Virus record (IMG/VR): IMGVR_UViG_3300016476_001169
Coordinates: 1-64,000 of that record
Strand: one strand, 5' to 3'
DNA: 64,000 nucleotides
Source: a virus
Of the stretch, positions 9,854 to 19,586 are shown piece by piece. Position 1 is the first letter of the stretch. Each line of letters starts with the position of its first letter. The position numbers were made by a program, and so were the translations under genes. The notes beneath the pieces are model-generated. The model saw only the letters and a list, made by a program, of their open reading frames with translations, was not told the origin of the DNA and searched no databases.

Positions 9854-10447
9854 TTATTCCATTATTAAGAAAGTTTTTTCAAGTATTTTTTTTAATTCTT
9901 CAATTGCCTTGTTTAAACGCTTGCTTAAGGCTGATTGTGAGATTTTTAAAATTTCACTTGCTTCATCTTGGGTTAGCTGTTCAAAGAAAATCATTAAAAT
10001 AACTTCTTTGTATTTTGGTTTCAATTCTGATAAAGCTTCTTGAATTACCATTCTTAATTCTATCTGCCCAAAGGGGTCATCCATTTCTGGATCCCATAAT
10101 TTTGGCATGTCGCTAAAATTAATTTCATTAGTTAAATGATTAGAATTTTTATTGAGAAGTTCTTTAGAATTCTTTAATAAATTTGGGAATAATCGATTTG
10201 AAACATAATAAGAAAAAAATGATCTATTAATATCATAGTTTTCTACTAATTTAATAAACTCAATAGAAGCTATGGAAACTAAATCATCTTTATATCTATT
10301 TAATGAAGACTCAATAAATAAACATTTTCTAATAGAGGCCTTAATTAATGGCTGATAAAATTCATGCAATTCACTCATAGCTTCAACATTGCCACTCTGG
10401 GCAGAAGCTACGAGCGAATTAATTTTATCAAAATGACATTCAGACAT
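9854..10447 (-). CDS. sigma-70 family RNA polymerase sigma factor (regions 2 and 4)
   Basis: AQSGNVEAMSEL...YQPLI, DDLVSIASIEFIKLVENYD, and region 4 LTQDEASEILKISQSALSKR. Confidence 0.9.
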   Translation of the reverse strand: MSECHFDKINSLVASAQSGNVEAMSELHEFYQPLIKASIRKCLFIESSLNRYKDDLVSIASIEFIKLVENYDINRSFFSYYVSNRLFPNLLKNSKELLNKNSNHLTNEINFSDMPKLWDPEMDDPFGQIELRMVIQEALSELKPKYKEVILMIFFEQLTQDEASEILKISQSALSKRLNKAIEELKKILEKTFLIME

Positions 10448-10455
10448 AAATTTGA

Positions 10456-11541
10456 TTATACATCTACAAAAGGCTGCAAGTATTTAGTTTTTTCTGAATA
10501 AGCAAAACCCAGTAATCCACTTACAATCTCACCATTTATTCCAGATCGCAAATCCATAATTGCAGAAATTGTTGCTCTGTATTTATCGACCAAGCTCTCA
10601 ATTTTCTTTGTAGAACATGATCTTATAGCCATCTGCAATCTGTATGGATTTAAGGCTGCTTTTGGCTTTGTTTCTGGCAAAGGCTCAAAATTGTCACCAA
10701 GATAATAATTTAAAGAGCCCTTTAATGCTATTTCATCTTGTATTTCAGATTCGCTAAGTTTATTACTCAGAGCACTCTTGACTTGAATATAAAGTTCAAG
10801 CTGTGATGCTAGAAGCCAAAGGACACCCTCATTTGAAGATGAAAGCTTATTATCTGAAAAGTATTTTACTATAACCGACAAGTCACCTTCTATAGCCTTA
10901 TCTATAAACTGCCAAATATCATTCTCGCGCTTAAAGTTGCAATAATTTGCCAAGTCATTGGATTCAATGGGCTTCTTGTCGCAACTATAAATAGCATTGA
11001 TTTTTGCAAGCTCTTTATCTAACATAATCAAATCATAGATAATCACATCTTTTTTCTGATTGTTAATTTTTACTTTGGCAGTACGAGTGGGCGCATAGCT
11101 TTGCAGCCAAGAATAACATTCTTGTTTGAGAGTTACATTAAAGTGCTCAGCCCAGTCCTGGATAAATTGCTTTAGACTGTCGCCTTGCATAGTGTGGGCA
11201 ATATAGTTGATTTTCTTTTTCTTAGAAGCCTTAGAAATAAAAGATTGTCGGCCATCAAAGTTATTGTAGGCGCAGGTTATTATAAGGCCACTAGCATGAA
11301 AATTACTTTCAACTAGCTCTAAGCACATGTTTAATACTTCCGCTTTTGGCTCATCAATTATAATAAGGTCTGGAACATCAAAGAATGGGAAAGCTGTGAG
11401 CGCTGATTTTACATCATCAGCGCTCGAATTAGTGTCAAATTTAATAATCTCTGGATTAGAAAGCTCTTCCTTTATTTCTTCAATGATGTACTTGAAGTAA
11501 AAAGGCTCACCTTCTAAAACCCATACTTTATTCCACGACAT
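10456..11541 (-). CDS. holA: DNA polymerase III delta subunit-like
   Basis: N-terminal VWVLEGEPFY, PFF...LIII, ELAKI and DIWQFIDKA pattern; adjacent to dnaN. Confidence 0.75.
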   Translation of the reverse strand: MSWNKVWVLEGEPFYFKYIIEEIKEELSNPEIIKFDTNSSADDVKSALTAFPFFDVPDLIIIDEPKAEVLNMCLELVESNFHASGLIITCAYNNFDGRQSFISKASKKKKINYIAHTMQGDSLKQFIQDWAEHFNVTLKQECYSWLQSYAPTRTAKVKINNQKKDVIIYDLIMLDKELAKINAIYSCDKKPIESNDLANYCNFKRENDIWQFIDKAIEGDLSVIVKYFSDNKLSSSNEGVLWLLASQLELYIQVKSALSNKLSESEIQDEIALKGSLNYYLGDNFEPLPETKPKAALNPYRLQMAIRSCSTKKIESLVDKYRATISAIMDLRSGINGEIVSGLLGFAYSEKTKYLQPFVDV

Positions 11542-12695
11542 TAATCTTCTTCCTCTTCTTCATCACCCTTTGGCAACACGGGGAAGATTAAATGGCTGTA
11601 TTCATTATCTACAACAATTAAAGCGGCCCCCATATTATTAGGCAATTGACGGAACTGAAGTTCAATCCAAGGTGAGACACAAATGTCAACGGCCTTCACA
11701 AGGTATTTCCATGCACTAAACGTAGAAGACTCGCCTTCGCTCTTCTGACAAACAACAGCATCTTGGCTTGCTCCACGGTCCTGCTCTTTAGTAGTAATAA
11801 CTATCTTACTGCCTTCAAGCTTAATTCCAACACTAGAATCTTTGGCCACTAAAGAGGCGAGCTTCAGAGCCCTCTGGAAATCACCCTTTGAAAGAGTTGC
11901 AGAGCCTTCTAATTCGCCATCGAAAAACTTTTCAACAGGAGCGAACTTTTTCTTCATTTCACTTTCTAGGACACAAGTGAAAACAGTGTCGTCCCACAAA
12001 AACCTAACATGGTTTGCAGCAAGTATTACCTTTACAGTTGATACATCAGCAAGCAAAACAGAAAGCGTTTCGGAGATATCTTTGCGTAAAAGAAGGGAAG
12101 CATCATCCATTGAATCTTCTTCTGGGATAGAGGCTGAATAAGATGAAATTCTATGAAAATCAGAGGCCTCTGCAACAATGCCACCAGAACAAACCTTTAG
12201 ACGTACAGCGGTCTGAGGAGCCTGTGAGCTGTCTGTTGATGCTGCAAATGCAGTAGCGTGTAGAGCAGTTGCCAAAGCGCTACCAGGAATTTCAAATTCG
12301 GTCCCAGTTGCTCGGAAAGCAATTGGAAGAAAGTCATCTGGATCGCCTACTGGGAAAGCAAACTTAGTTTGGCGAGAAGGGTCTGTACTGACCATGTAAA
12401 ATACATTATTCGCCTTATTAAAGGTACAGGAAACTTCGTTATCAGAAATCTGGCGAAGAAATTCAACAACCGCTTGACCAGCTACGCTAAACTTACCATC
12501 ATCGCCAGAAATAGAAACTGTTGGAACAACAATCTGCTGTTCAGAAGTTTCATTCAAAGAAGTTACTGTGAGCTTGTCAGCGTTCTTTTCAAATAAGAAT
12601 TCAGAGTCTGGCTGCCCCTTTGATTTTACATTGCAGGTTCTTAGCGCCTGGCTAAAACTCGCAAGAGCAATAGATGTATTTAGTGTAAATTTCAT
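11541..12695 (-). CDS. dnaN: DNA polymerase III beta sliding clamp
   Basis: MKFTLN start (ATG 12693-12695 with AAGGA SD), GDPDDFLPI, TAFAAS, ASDFHRIS and C-terminal HLIFPV; about 384 aa. Confidence 0.88.
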   Translation of the reverse strand: MKFTLNTSIALASFSQALRTCNVKSKGQPDSEFLFEKNADKLTVTSLNETSEQQIVVPTVSISGDDGKFSVAGQAVVEFLRQISDNEVSCTFNKANNVFYMVSTDPSRQTKFAFPVGDPDDFLPIAFRATGTEFEIPGSALATALHATAFAASTDSSQAPQTAVRLKVCSGGIVAEASDFHRISSYSASIPEEDSMDDASLLLRKDISETLSVLLADVSTVKVILAANHVRFLWDDTVFTCVLESEMKKKFAPVEKFFDGELEGSATLSKGDFQRALKLASLVAKDSSVGIKLEGSKIVITTKEQDRGASQDAVVCQKSEGESSTFSAWKYLVKAVDICVSPWIELQFRQLPNNMGAALIVVDNEYSHLIFPVLPKGDEEEEED

Positions 12696-12819
12696 TTCTA
12701 AACTTTCCTTAAATGGTTTCTCTAATTTATCGTGCGAAAAACACCCTTTGTGCACGAGTGGCTAGAGGAGAAAGGCAAGAATAGAATAAGTGGTTTGTTA
12801 CAATCAGGAGGTTAGAGCC

Positions 12820-12924
12820 ATGAATAAGTTTAAACTTAATTGGGGTCCAATCGTAGACAAATTCGCTGTTATCTTCTTTGCTATTACAACAGTGATTATC
12901 GTCAAAGTTCTGTTTGATAATTAA
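12820..12924 (+). CDS. small single-pass membrane peptide (34 aa)
   Basis: Not in the ORF track. MNKFKLNWGPIVDKFAVIFFAITTVIIVKVLFDN; AGGAGG SD, extended -10 TGTTACAAT upstream, terminator downstream. Confidence 0.7.
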   Translation: MNKFKLNWGPIVDKFAVIFFAITTVIIVKVLFDN

Positions 12925-12927
12925 ACT

Positions 12928-12955
12928 AAAACCCCCTAGTCTCTAGGGGGTTTTT
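12928..12955. terminator. bidirectional terminator between convergent genes
   Basis: AAAACCCCCTAG-tct-CTAGGGGGTTTT. Confidence 0.85.
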
Positions 12956-13631
12956 CATTATCTAACTCTAATGTAATTTCGATCTCTTCATGTATTTCTA
13001 ATACATAACCATTTTGGTAATCGAAGAATACCTCTTTTGCCTTTTTCCTGATACGCATCAATGCATTGTCTACAGCCTTGGGCGTTTGATCTAAAGATTT
13101 AGCAATATCTTTATAGGAATCTTCTTCGGAATATTTCTCAAATACTGATCTTTCAAGAGGGGTTAGTCTTACTTTTAAAATTTCAGACAATTCGTCAAAT
13201 TCTTCTTGAATTAAAATCTCATTTAAGAGATCGCTGTCTTCATCTTGGATAAAATCTGCTAAAGACTGCTCAGAATCTTCCATCTCAGTTCTTACTGGAG
13301 TGGATAAGGAAATAGCATCATTTTGCAATTTAAATTTATTTCTGTTAGCAGAACTAATTTGTGTTATTAACCTTCTGGGAACACAAAGATTCACAGCGAA
13401 ATAGCGGAAAGCCATTCCTCCGTTTTCATCAAAGTCTTCAATGGCCTTCCACAAACCGATTCTTGCTTCTTGCCAGACATCGTCTTTCTCACTACCTCGA
13501 ATATAAAATCGATTAGTTTTCTTTTTAATGTCTGGTTCCAGTTCTTTTAAAATTTTATCAAAAGCTCTTTGATCGCCCTTTTTAGCGCGTCTTACCAAAG
13601 ATAATAAATGGTAGTCTGATGAATGTGCCAC
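12936..13631 (-). CDS. sigH: SigH/Spo0H-like sigma factor
   Basis: FYIRGSEKDDVWQEARIGLWKAIEDFD, RRLITQISSANRNK...NDAISL and SYKDIA...KAVDNALMRIRKK are SigH hallmarks. Confidence 0.9.
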   Translation of the reverse strand: MAHSSDYHLLSLVRRAKKGDQRAFDKILKELEPDIKKKTNRFYIRGSEKDDVWQEARIGLWKAIEDFDENGGMAFRYFAVNLCVPRRLITQISSANRNKFKLQNDAISLSTPVRTEMEDSEQSLADFIQDEDSDLLNEILIQEEFDELSEILKVRLTPLERSVFEKYSEEDSYKDIAKSLDQTPKAVDNALMRIRKKAKEVFFDYQNGYVLEIHEEIEITLELDNEKPPRD

Positions 13632-13690
13632 ATTTTTCTCCCTACGGCAAACTAATCATCTTGTACAATCTTTTTTGCAAAAAGGGAGAT

Positions 13691-14806
13691 TTACTGCTTC
13701 GTAGCCTCTCTTAACTTTGCAAACCTATCAACAACTTTTAACAAATTAACCTGCACTAGTATGTCTGCAGGAACATTTTGCCGCAATTTAGATGATATTT
13801 CTAGTAGATTATTTACAACATCTACAATTTGTGAAGGTGAATAACCTGGCACAGTCACTCCATTTAATGTTCCACCATAAGTAATGAAAGATAAAGCTTC
13901 ATCTCTGTCTTCTTCTGGTGTTTTTAAGACTTTATACTTAGTAACAATCATTAAAGCCTTAGCCGCTTCATTAAGCAAAGCCGCCAAGTCTCTACCTTCT
14001 AATGTTGCTGTTTCTATCAATTGAAAGATTTTACCTCTGTTTAGGCAAGCAATGGCTTCTAGTAGATCAATAGATAATTGTCTAGGGGCCCTTTTTAATA
14101 AAGATCTTACATTATCTTCTGTGACACCTATGTTTATCAATTGAGAAAGAATAACAAGGGCCTTTCTGGCACTCCCCTCTGCAGATTCACAGATTAACTT
14201 CAGAGCAGATTCGTCACTAGAAACATTTTCAGCCTTGGAAACCTTCTTCAAAATAGACATCATGTCCCTGTCATTGACTAAAGACATTTCATGCTGCTCA
14301 CAGCGGCTTTGAATAGCCCCTACAACCTTGTCTTTGTCAGTTGTGCATAGGAAGAACTTAATGTATGCTGGTGGCTCTTCTATGGGCTTCAGAAGGGCAT
14401 TCTGGGCCTGTGTAGTCAGCATGTGACATTCATCTAGAATGATGATTCGCCATTTGCCATTAGTTGGTGGGATTCGCAATCTTTCAGAGATCAATTCACG
14501 GGCTTCATCAACCTTGCCATTGACAGCACAGTTGATTTCCATAACATCACGACATCGATCTTCTTTAATCTGGACACAAGTGGTGCATTTGCCGCAAGGT
14601 TCTACGCCCTGGAGATTTTCACACAGTAAAGCCATTGCCATAACTCTGGCAGTAGTTGTCTTACCAGTACCTGGAGGGCCATAAAATAAGTAACTGGATG
14701 GGTGGGTGTCTGTTTTAATCTGCGCCTTAAGAACCTTGGTGACAAAAGGCTGTGTGATGTCCTCAAATGTCAGAGGTCGGTATTGATTGTATAAATTGTT
14801 ATTCAC
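13691..14806 (-). CDS. dnaX: DNA polymerase III gamma/tau subunit (short form)
   Basis: LYNQYRPLTFED, GPPGTGKTT, PCGKCTTC zinc module, ILDECHML, QSRC. Confidence 0.93.
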   Translation of the reverse strand: MNNNLYNQYRPLTFEDITQPFVTKVLKAQIKTDTHPSSYLFYGPPGTGKTTTARVMAMALLCENLQGVEPCGKCTTCVQIKEDRCRDVMEINCAVNGKVDEARELISERLRIPPTNGKWRIIILDECHMLTTQAQNALLKPIEEPPAYIKFFLCTTDKDKVVGAIQSRCEQHEMSLVNDRDMMSILKKVSKAENVSSDESALKLICESAEGSARKALVILSQLINIGVTEDNVRSLLKRAPRQLSIDLLEAIACLNRGKIFQLIETATLEGRDLAALLNEAAKALMIVTKYKVLKTPEEDRDEALSFITYGGTLNGVTVPGYSPSQIVDVVNNLLEISSKLRQNVPADILVQVNLLKVVDRFAKLREATKQ

Positions 14807-14867
14807 TTTAGGGGCCCCTTAAAAATAATTTCTCCTCTATTATCGCACCAATAGAGAAGAAATTGAA

Positions 14868-15365
14868 TCAATAAGAAGAGCCTTCATCGTCTTCATCAGG
14901 AGGAAGCGGAATAGCTAATGTTTCACTTCCTAATAAGGAAGGTAATTCACCATCGCACTTTTTCCATCTGATACCAACGCTTGTATTTGCAAAGAACTCA
15001 ATGATTGGAGAATGCTCTACAATGTCGGGCTTTTTAAGTTTTCCAGTGTTGTAAGGCTCAATAGAATAAAGAGCTTCAAACATTAACCACTCTTGCGTGT
15101 GAGGGTGGATTTCGTCCCAGACATCTTTGTTCACACTTAGACAATAGGTTTGTTGACGACCCATCATTTGCAACATTTGTCTAACGCCACCATGGGTCAC
15201 GCCTAAAATTTCAAGAGCTTTTCCACTCTTTGAAGATTCGCCAACTTTTTCAGCAAAATAAATAGATTCTATGTCTACATGACCCAAATGTAAATAATAA
15301 GATTCTTTTAATCTTGAAGCTAGGTTTAGTAAATCAACAGATTCAGTGTAAATAGGTGCATTCAT
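14868..15365 (-). CDS. phage metallopeptidase-like protein (degenerate HExxH)
   Basis: Layout HLGHVDIESIYF...W...EWLMFEALYSI...KKPDIVEH matches the phage putative metallopeptidase family, but the His ligands are absent. Confidence 0.5.
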   Translation of the reverse strand: MNAPIYTESVDLLNLASRLKESYYLHLGHVDIESIYFAEKVGESSKSGKALEILGVTHGGVRQMLQMMGRQQTYCLSVNKDVWDEIHPHTQEWLMFEALYSIEPYNTGKLKKPDIVEHSPIIEFFANTSVGIRWKKCDGELPSLLGSETLAIPLPPDEDDEGSSY

Positions 15366-15366
15366 G

Positions 15367-16143
15367 TTAGATTCTCGTTAAAATTAAGGGGCCGTCTTCA
15401 GTTATTGCAATTGTATGCTCATAATGTGCAGCTTTTGAGCCATCAGCAGAATAAATTGTCCATCCATCTGAAATGCCATTATTCTCTTCACTAATCATGC
15501 TGGTTCCAGCAATAATGATAGGCTCTATACAAAAAGACATTCCAACTTCTATAACTGTTCCAAAGCCTGGTTTGCCAAAGTTATAAACTGGAGGATGCTC
15601 GTGCAGTTCTTTACCTATGCCGTGGCCAGATAAAGCAAACGCTACATAGAAATTATTAAACTCAGCAATTGTAGTAATTGCGTTTCCAATGTCTCCAAGA
15701 GTATTGCCAGGATAGCATAATTTTGCGGCTTCATTGAAGCATCGCTCAGTTGTTTCAATTAACAATCGATCATTGTCAGAGATTTCACCAATCCCTATTG
15801 TAAATGCGGAATCAGCACACCAACCATTATAAGAGGCCCCCAAATCTATAGTAACAATGTCTCCATCTTGTAAAAATCTACCTTCAGAAGGCAAGCCATG
15901 TACTACCTCATTATTTACAGAGGCACAAATGTGGTATTGGAATGGTGAATCAGCAAAATCAGGTTGATAGCCTTTAAAGGCAGACTTGGCACCAAACTCT
16001 TCTAAAAGAGCTGATGCCAAGTTATCTAATTTAGATAATTCTCTTTCTCCACCAAGAATAGATTCCTTGATGGAGTTAAGAACTTTGCCAACTATTTTGC
16101 TTGATTCACTTAAAGAACTCAATTCTTCTTGTGTATTAAACAT
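15367..16143 (-). CDS. map: methionine aminopeptidase type I
   Basis: ICASVNNEVVHGLP, DIVTIDLG, ADSA, GHGIG..LHE, CIEP, AAHYEHT. Confidence 0.95.
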   Translation of the reverse strand: MFNTQEELSSLSESSKIVGKVLNSIKESILGGERELSKLDNLASALLEEFGAKSAFKGYQPDFADSPFQYHICASVNNEVVHGLPSEGRFLQDGDIVTIDLGASYNGWCADSAFTIGIGEISDNDRLLIETTERCFNEAAKLCYPGNTLGDIGNAITTIAEFNNFYVAFALSGHGIGKELHEHPPVYNFGKPGFGTVIEVGMSFCIEPIIIAGTSMISEENNGISDGWTIYSADGSKAAHYEHTIAITEDGPLILTRI

Positions 16144-16146
16144 GAT

Positions 16147-17154
16147 TTATAATCCAAATAGTCCAAGGCCGTAGCTAACAATAATAGCTGTAATTGCAGA
16201 AGCTGGAATTGTCAACACCCAGGCATAAATCATGTCTCTTGCCACTACCCAACGAACTGCGTTCTTGTGCTTAGCTAAGCCAACACCAAAGATAGAACTA
16301 GAAATAACATGGGTTGTGCTAACTGGAATGCCTAATTTACTTGCAATTAGAATAACCAAACTTGCGCCTGTTTCTGCTGCGAATCCTTGTGAAGGATCCA
16401 TTCTTAAAATCTTATGGCCCATTGTTTTGATAATTCTCCATCCTCCAGCGGCAGTGCCAAGTGCCATAACAACAGCACAAGAGACCATGACCCACATAGG
16501 AATGATAATTTTATCAGATTTCTCTAAAAAACCTCCAGCAACCAGGGCCAAAGTAATAATACCCATGCTCTTTTGAGCATCATTAGAACCATGAGAGAAA
16601 GCCATCATTGAAGATGAAAGAATTTGCATAGGCTTAAAGAACATCATTGCTTTAGATGGATTTGCCTTTTTAGCCAGCCAATAAATAAGCATCATGATTG
16701 TAAAACCAATTATGATACCAATCATTGGAGACATAACAAGGGGTACTAAAACTTTTTCCTTGATGCCATCCATTTTAAGGGCTGACCAGCCACCTTTGAC
16801 AACTACTGCACCACAGAGGCCACCAATTAAAGCATGCGAACTACTACTCGGGATGCCAAATTTCCAAGTAACCAAATTCCAAACTATTGCACCAACGATA
16901 GCTGAAAGAATAACAGATTGAGTTACAAACTGTTTATCTACTAATCCGCCAGCGATAGTTTTAGCAACATTCTGTGCAACCATAGCTCCAACAAAATTTA
17001 AAACAGCGGCCATAATGATGGCTGTTCTTGGGCTTAAAACTCTTGTCGAAACAACTGTTGCAATCGCATTTGCAGTATCATGGAAGCCATTTATGTAATC
17101 AAACGCTAGAGCCAGAATGACAACTAGCACTACAAGAAAAAATGGCTCAGGCAT
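16147..17154 (-). CDS. pit: inorganic phosphate transporter (PiT family)
   Basis: NGFHDTANAIAT, HGSNDAQK, PSSSSH and PVSTTH signatures; multiple TM helices. Confidence 0.95.
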   Translation of the reverse strand: MPEPFFLVVLVVILALAFDYINGFHDTANAIATVVSTRVLSPRTAIIMAAVLNFVGAMVAQNVAKTIAGGLVDKQFVTQSVILSAIVGAIVWNLVTWKFGIPSSSSHALIGGLCGAVVVKGGWSALKMDGIKEKVLVPLVMSPMIGIIIGFTIMMLIYWLAKKANPSKAMMFFKPMQILSSSMMAFSHGSNDAQKSMGIITLALVAGGFLEKSDKIIIPMWVMVSCAVVMALGTAAGGWRIIKTMGHKILRMDPSQGFAAETGASLVILIASKLGIPVSTTHVISSSIFGVGLAKHKNAVRWVVARDMIYAWVLTIPASAITAIIVSYGLGLFGL

Positions 17155-17746
17155 AATACTTCACACGGATACGTTCGAGAATTGTTGCAACATGCTCACA
17201 GGCATCAGTGGCAGCTTCAATCTTTGAGAAAATATCTTTCCAGGCAATTAACGATTTGAAATCTGTTTCATTCTTCCAGAGATCACTAAGTGCTTCTCGG
17301 TAAGTTCTATCACAGATGTTTTCAAGCTCATGAATGGAAATAAGAACATCACCAATATTCTTTCCCTTGTTATTAAGGGAAGCAACTGCCTTTTCTGTGG
17401 CAACGCAAATGTCAACAAGCTTTTTGCTTATGTCGAGCATCAATGGTTTGATATCTGTTACATTATAGATGACAATTCTCGATGAAACAGATTCAATCTT
17501 GTCAATAATGTCGTCTAGAGTTGAGCAAAGAATATTTAAATCTTCTTTGTCAAGCGGTGTGATAAAAGTGCTATCAACTAATACACTCATTTCATGAACT
17601 AGCTTATCAGCAGTAGATTCAATTACGGCTATTCTGCCATTCTGCAAATTGAAATCTTTATCTTTTACCATAACTAAGAGTTCTTCAGCTGCTTGAGTTG
17701 CAAAAGCAGCCTGTGACTCCATCAAATTATAAAATTTTACATTCAT
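17147..17746 (-). CDS. DUF47/PhoU-like phosphate transport regulator
   Basis: ESTAD...FITPLDKED...LDDIID and ENICD...Y...L motifs; canonical position upstream of pit. Confidence 0.9.
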   Translation of the reverse strand: MNVKFYNLMESQAAFATQAAEELLVMVKDKDFNLQNGRIAVIESTADKLVHEMSVLVDSTFITPLDKEDLNILCSTLDDIIDKIESVSSRIVIYNVTDIKPLMLDISKKLVDICVATEKAVASLNNKGKNIGDVLISIHELENICDRTYREALSDLWKNETDFKSLIAWKDIFSKIEAATDACEHVATILERIRVKYYA

Positions 17747-17755
17747 TATTTATTT

Positions 17756-18610
17756 TTATCCTGTACTTCCAAATCCACCATCATTACGGGTGGTCTTTTC
17801 AATATCATCAACTTGTGTAAACTGCACATGAGCAATTCTGCGAGGAATCATCTGAGCAATTCTGCAAGGTAGTTCGAGGTCTGGGGCAGATTCATCGACT
17901 TTAATCAAAGCAATCATTATTTCACCAGTGTAGGCTCGGTCAATAATACCCACGTTGTTAGCAAGCATGTAGCCACTCTTAATAATAGAGCTGCGTGGAA
18001 CTACATCCAAATACCAACCAAAAGAAGGCTTAACTTTAATGCCAGTAGTGTACAAAGTTGTCTTCGAATGGAATTTCTTTACTACATCCACAATGGTCAA
18101 ATCGTATCCAGAATCGCTAACTCTCTCTTTTGAAGGAGCTACAGCATCTTCACGGGTTTTGCACCATTCAAAAATGTCCGCACTTTGAACATGAGGGAAA
18201 ACAGTCATACAATAACGGCACCAGCTATAGTAAGCGTCATAATTCATGCGCTTATACACTGTGGCCCCTTCATAAAGTTTTCCAAGAAAATCTAGACAGT
18301 TTGTTCCAGATAAAGTAAATAAGCCCTTACCCTCATTAAAGCTATAAGCCATAGGCATGTTAGTAAAAGTACAAACCTTTTCCAAAAATGCAGCCTTGAT
18401 TACATCCATGCTAATAAAAGGAAGTTCGTATACACTGTTTTTAGGGTTGTTTATCTGAACTTTGTTACCTTCAAAATAGCCCCTGAGCAAATGCCAGACA
18501 AGTGATTTATCTACATCTGGTAGATAAATTTCTTCAAAATCATTCTTGTCATTCATGGCTAAGCCAGCTTCATAAGCTGACTTTTCATCAATAATATTTT
18601 CAATTGACAT
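17756..18610 (-). CDS. dut: trimeric dUTPase with N-terminal LAGLIDADG-like domain
   Basis: dUTPase motifs DSGYDL, PRSS, GIIDRAYTGE, RIAQ and RNDGGFGSTG; N-terminal WHLLRGYFEG. Confidence 0.9.
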   Translation of the reverse strand: MSIENIIDEKSAYEAGLAMNDKNDFEEIYLPDVDKSLVWHLLRGYFEGNKVQINNPKNSVYELPFISMDVIKAAFLEKVCTFTNMPMAYSFNEGKGLFTLSGTNCLDFLGKLYEGATVYKRMNYDAYYSWCRYCMTVFPHVQSADIFEWCKTREDAVAPSKERVSDSGYDLTIVDVVKKFHSKTTLYTTGIKVKPSFGWYLDVVPRSSIIKSGYMLANNVGIIDRAYTGEIMIALIKVDESAPDLELPCRIAQMIPRRIAHVQFTQVDDIEKTTRNDGGFGSTG

Positions 18611-18616
18611 TAAAAA

Positions 18617-19024
18617 TTAACCCTTAATTTTTTCTTTATTAAATTTGAATCTACTAAAAGATGCAGATCTTCCACCTGATGAATCAGATGTATTAGAAGT
18701 AGGCGTGTTTAGAAGCAAGCTTCTTGTAATTTTGTTTCCGTTTTTTGGAACTAATACTTTAACTTGCAATTCACAATCTCTGAGCCACTGAGCAATCTCA
18801 ATCATCTCTTTTGAATTTAATTCAAAGTCCAAATCAGACAAAGCGCGTACATCAGACTCATTAAGTGGTGCTATAAAAGTTCCACCTGTTGTGTCATCTT
18901 CTAGCAGGAGCTGAATACTTTGAACGTAAGCTGGATCGTCTTCAGTACCAACCTCTTCATGGTGCCTAGCGTCAATTATTTTGCAAATTCTAACGTCGTA
19001 TTCTTCTTCAGAAAAATCTTGCAT
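18617..19024 (-). CDS. hypothetical protein
   Basis: 135 aa ORF in the operon with GAGG SD. Confidence 0.65.
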   Translation of the reverse strand: MQDFSEEEYDVRICKIIDARHHEEVGTEDDPAYVQSIQLLLEDDTTGGTFIAPLNESDVRALSDLDFELNSKEMIEIAQWLRDCELQVKVLVPKNGNKITRSLLLNTPTSNTSDSSGGRSASFSRFKFNKEKIKG

Positions 19025-19071
19025 AATTCAAACCTCTTCAATATTCTTGCTTATTTTGCAATGAAAATGTA

Positions 19072-19551
19072 TTACAATTCTAGGGTTTCTTCAAAAGTCA
19101 TTTTGCATTCAGAACACAATTGCCAACCGTCTTCATTTGAATGACCGCAATTCATGCAGTCTGAAAACCAATCCTCTGGTATTTGCCTAATTAGTTTTAT
19201 TAATTCAACTAAACCAAGGTTAGTGTCAGACAATTTAATGTGGATAAGCTTATGCACTAAACTATCTGGATAATTTACATAACCCACACTATTTTTAAGA
19301 GACTTCCTATAGCATGTGTCCAGCACAGGATTTTCAAACTTTAAAATGTTGCCGTCTAAGTTGATTACATAATTCTGATCTGCTTTTTCAGCTATAGAAA
19401 TCAATGTATTCCAGTCTGTGGTGTGGTCAAACTTAGGCTCTGGAACTTCAGGCACATAAGGCTCGCCATTTAGACCTTTAAGAAAAGCTTGCATTTCTCT
19501 TTCTCTTTTGTCAGCTAAAAAAGATTTGTACCAATTTTGCCAATTACTCAT
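19072..19551 (-). CDS. hypothetical protein with C-terminal zinc ribbon
   Basis: CMNC...CSEC. Confidence 0.65.
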   Translation of the reverse strand: MSNWQNWYKSFLADKREREMQAFLKGLNGEPYVPEVPEPKFDHTTDWNTLISIAEKADQNYVINLDGNILKFENPVLDTCYRKSLKNSVGYVNYPDSLVHKLIHIKLSDTNLGLVELIKLIRQIPEDWFSDCMNCGHSNEDGWQLCSECKMTFEETLEL

Positions 19552-19561
19552 AATTAAAATG

Positions 19562-19584
19562 AGCCCCCTTTTCAGGGGGCTTTT
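19562..19584. terminator. terminator-like hairpin
   Basis: AGCCCCCT-tttc-AGGGGGCT directly after the spoVS-like stop. Confidence 0.65.
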
Positions 19585-19586
19585 CC

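Noticed and set aside
12696-12755. Longer GTG start for dnaN
   Set aside because: The ATG at 12695 has an SD and gives the canonical MKF start.
12765-12790. AGG-type promoter for the 34-aa peptide
   Set aside because: The spacing and box do not match (AGG-N18-TAAGT); an extended -10 explains the unit better.
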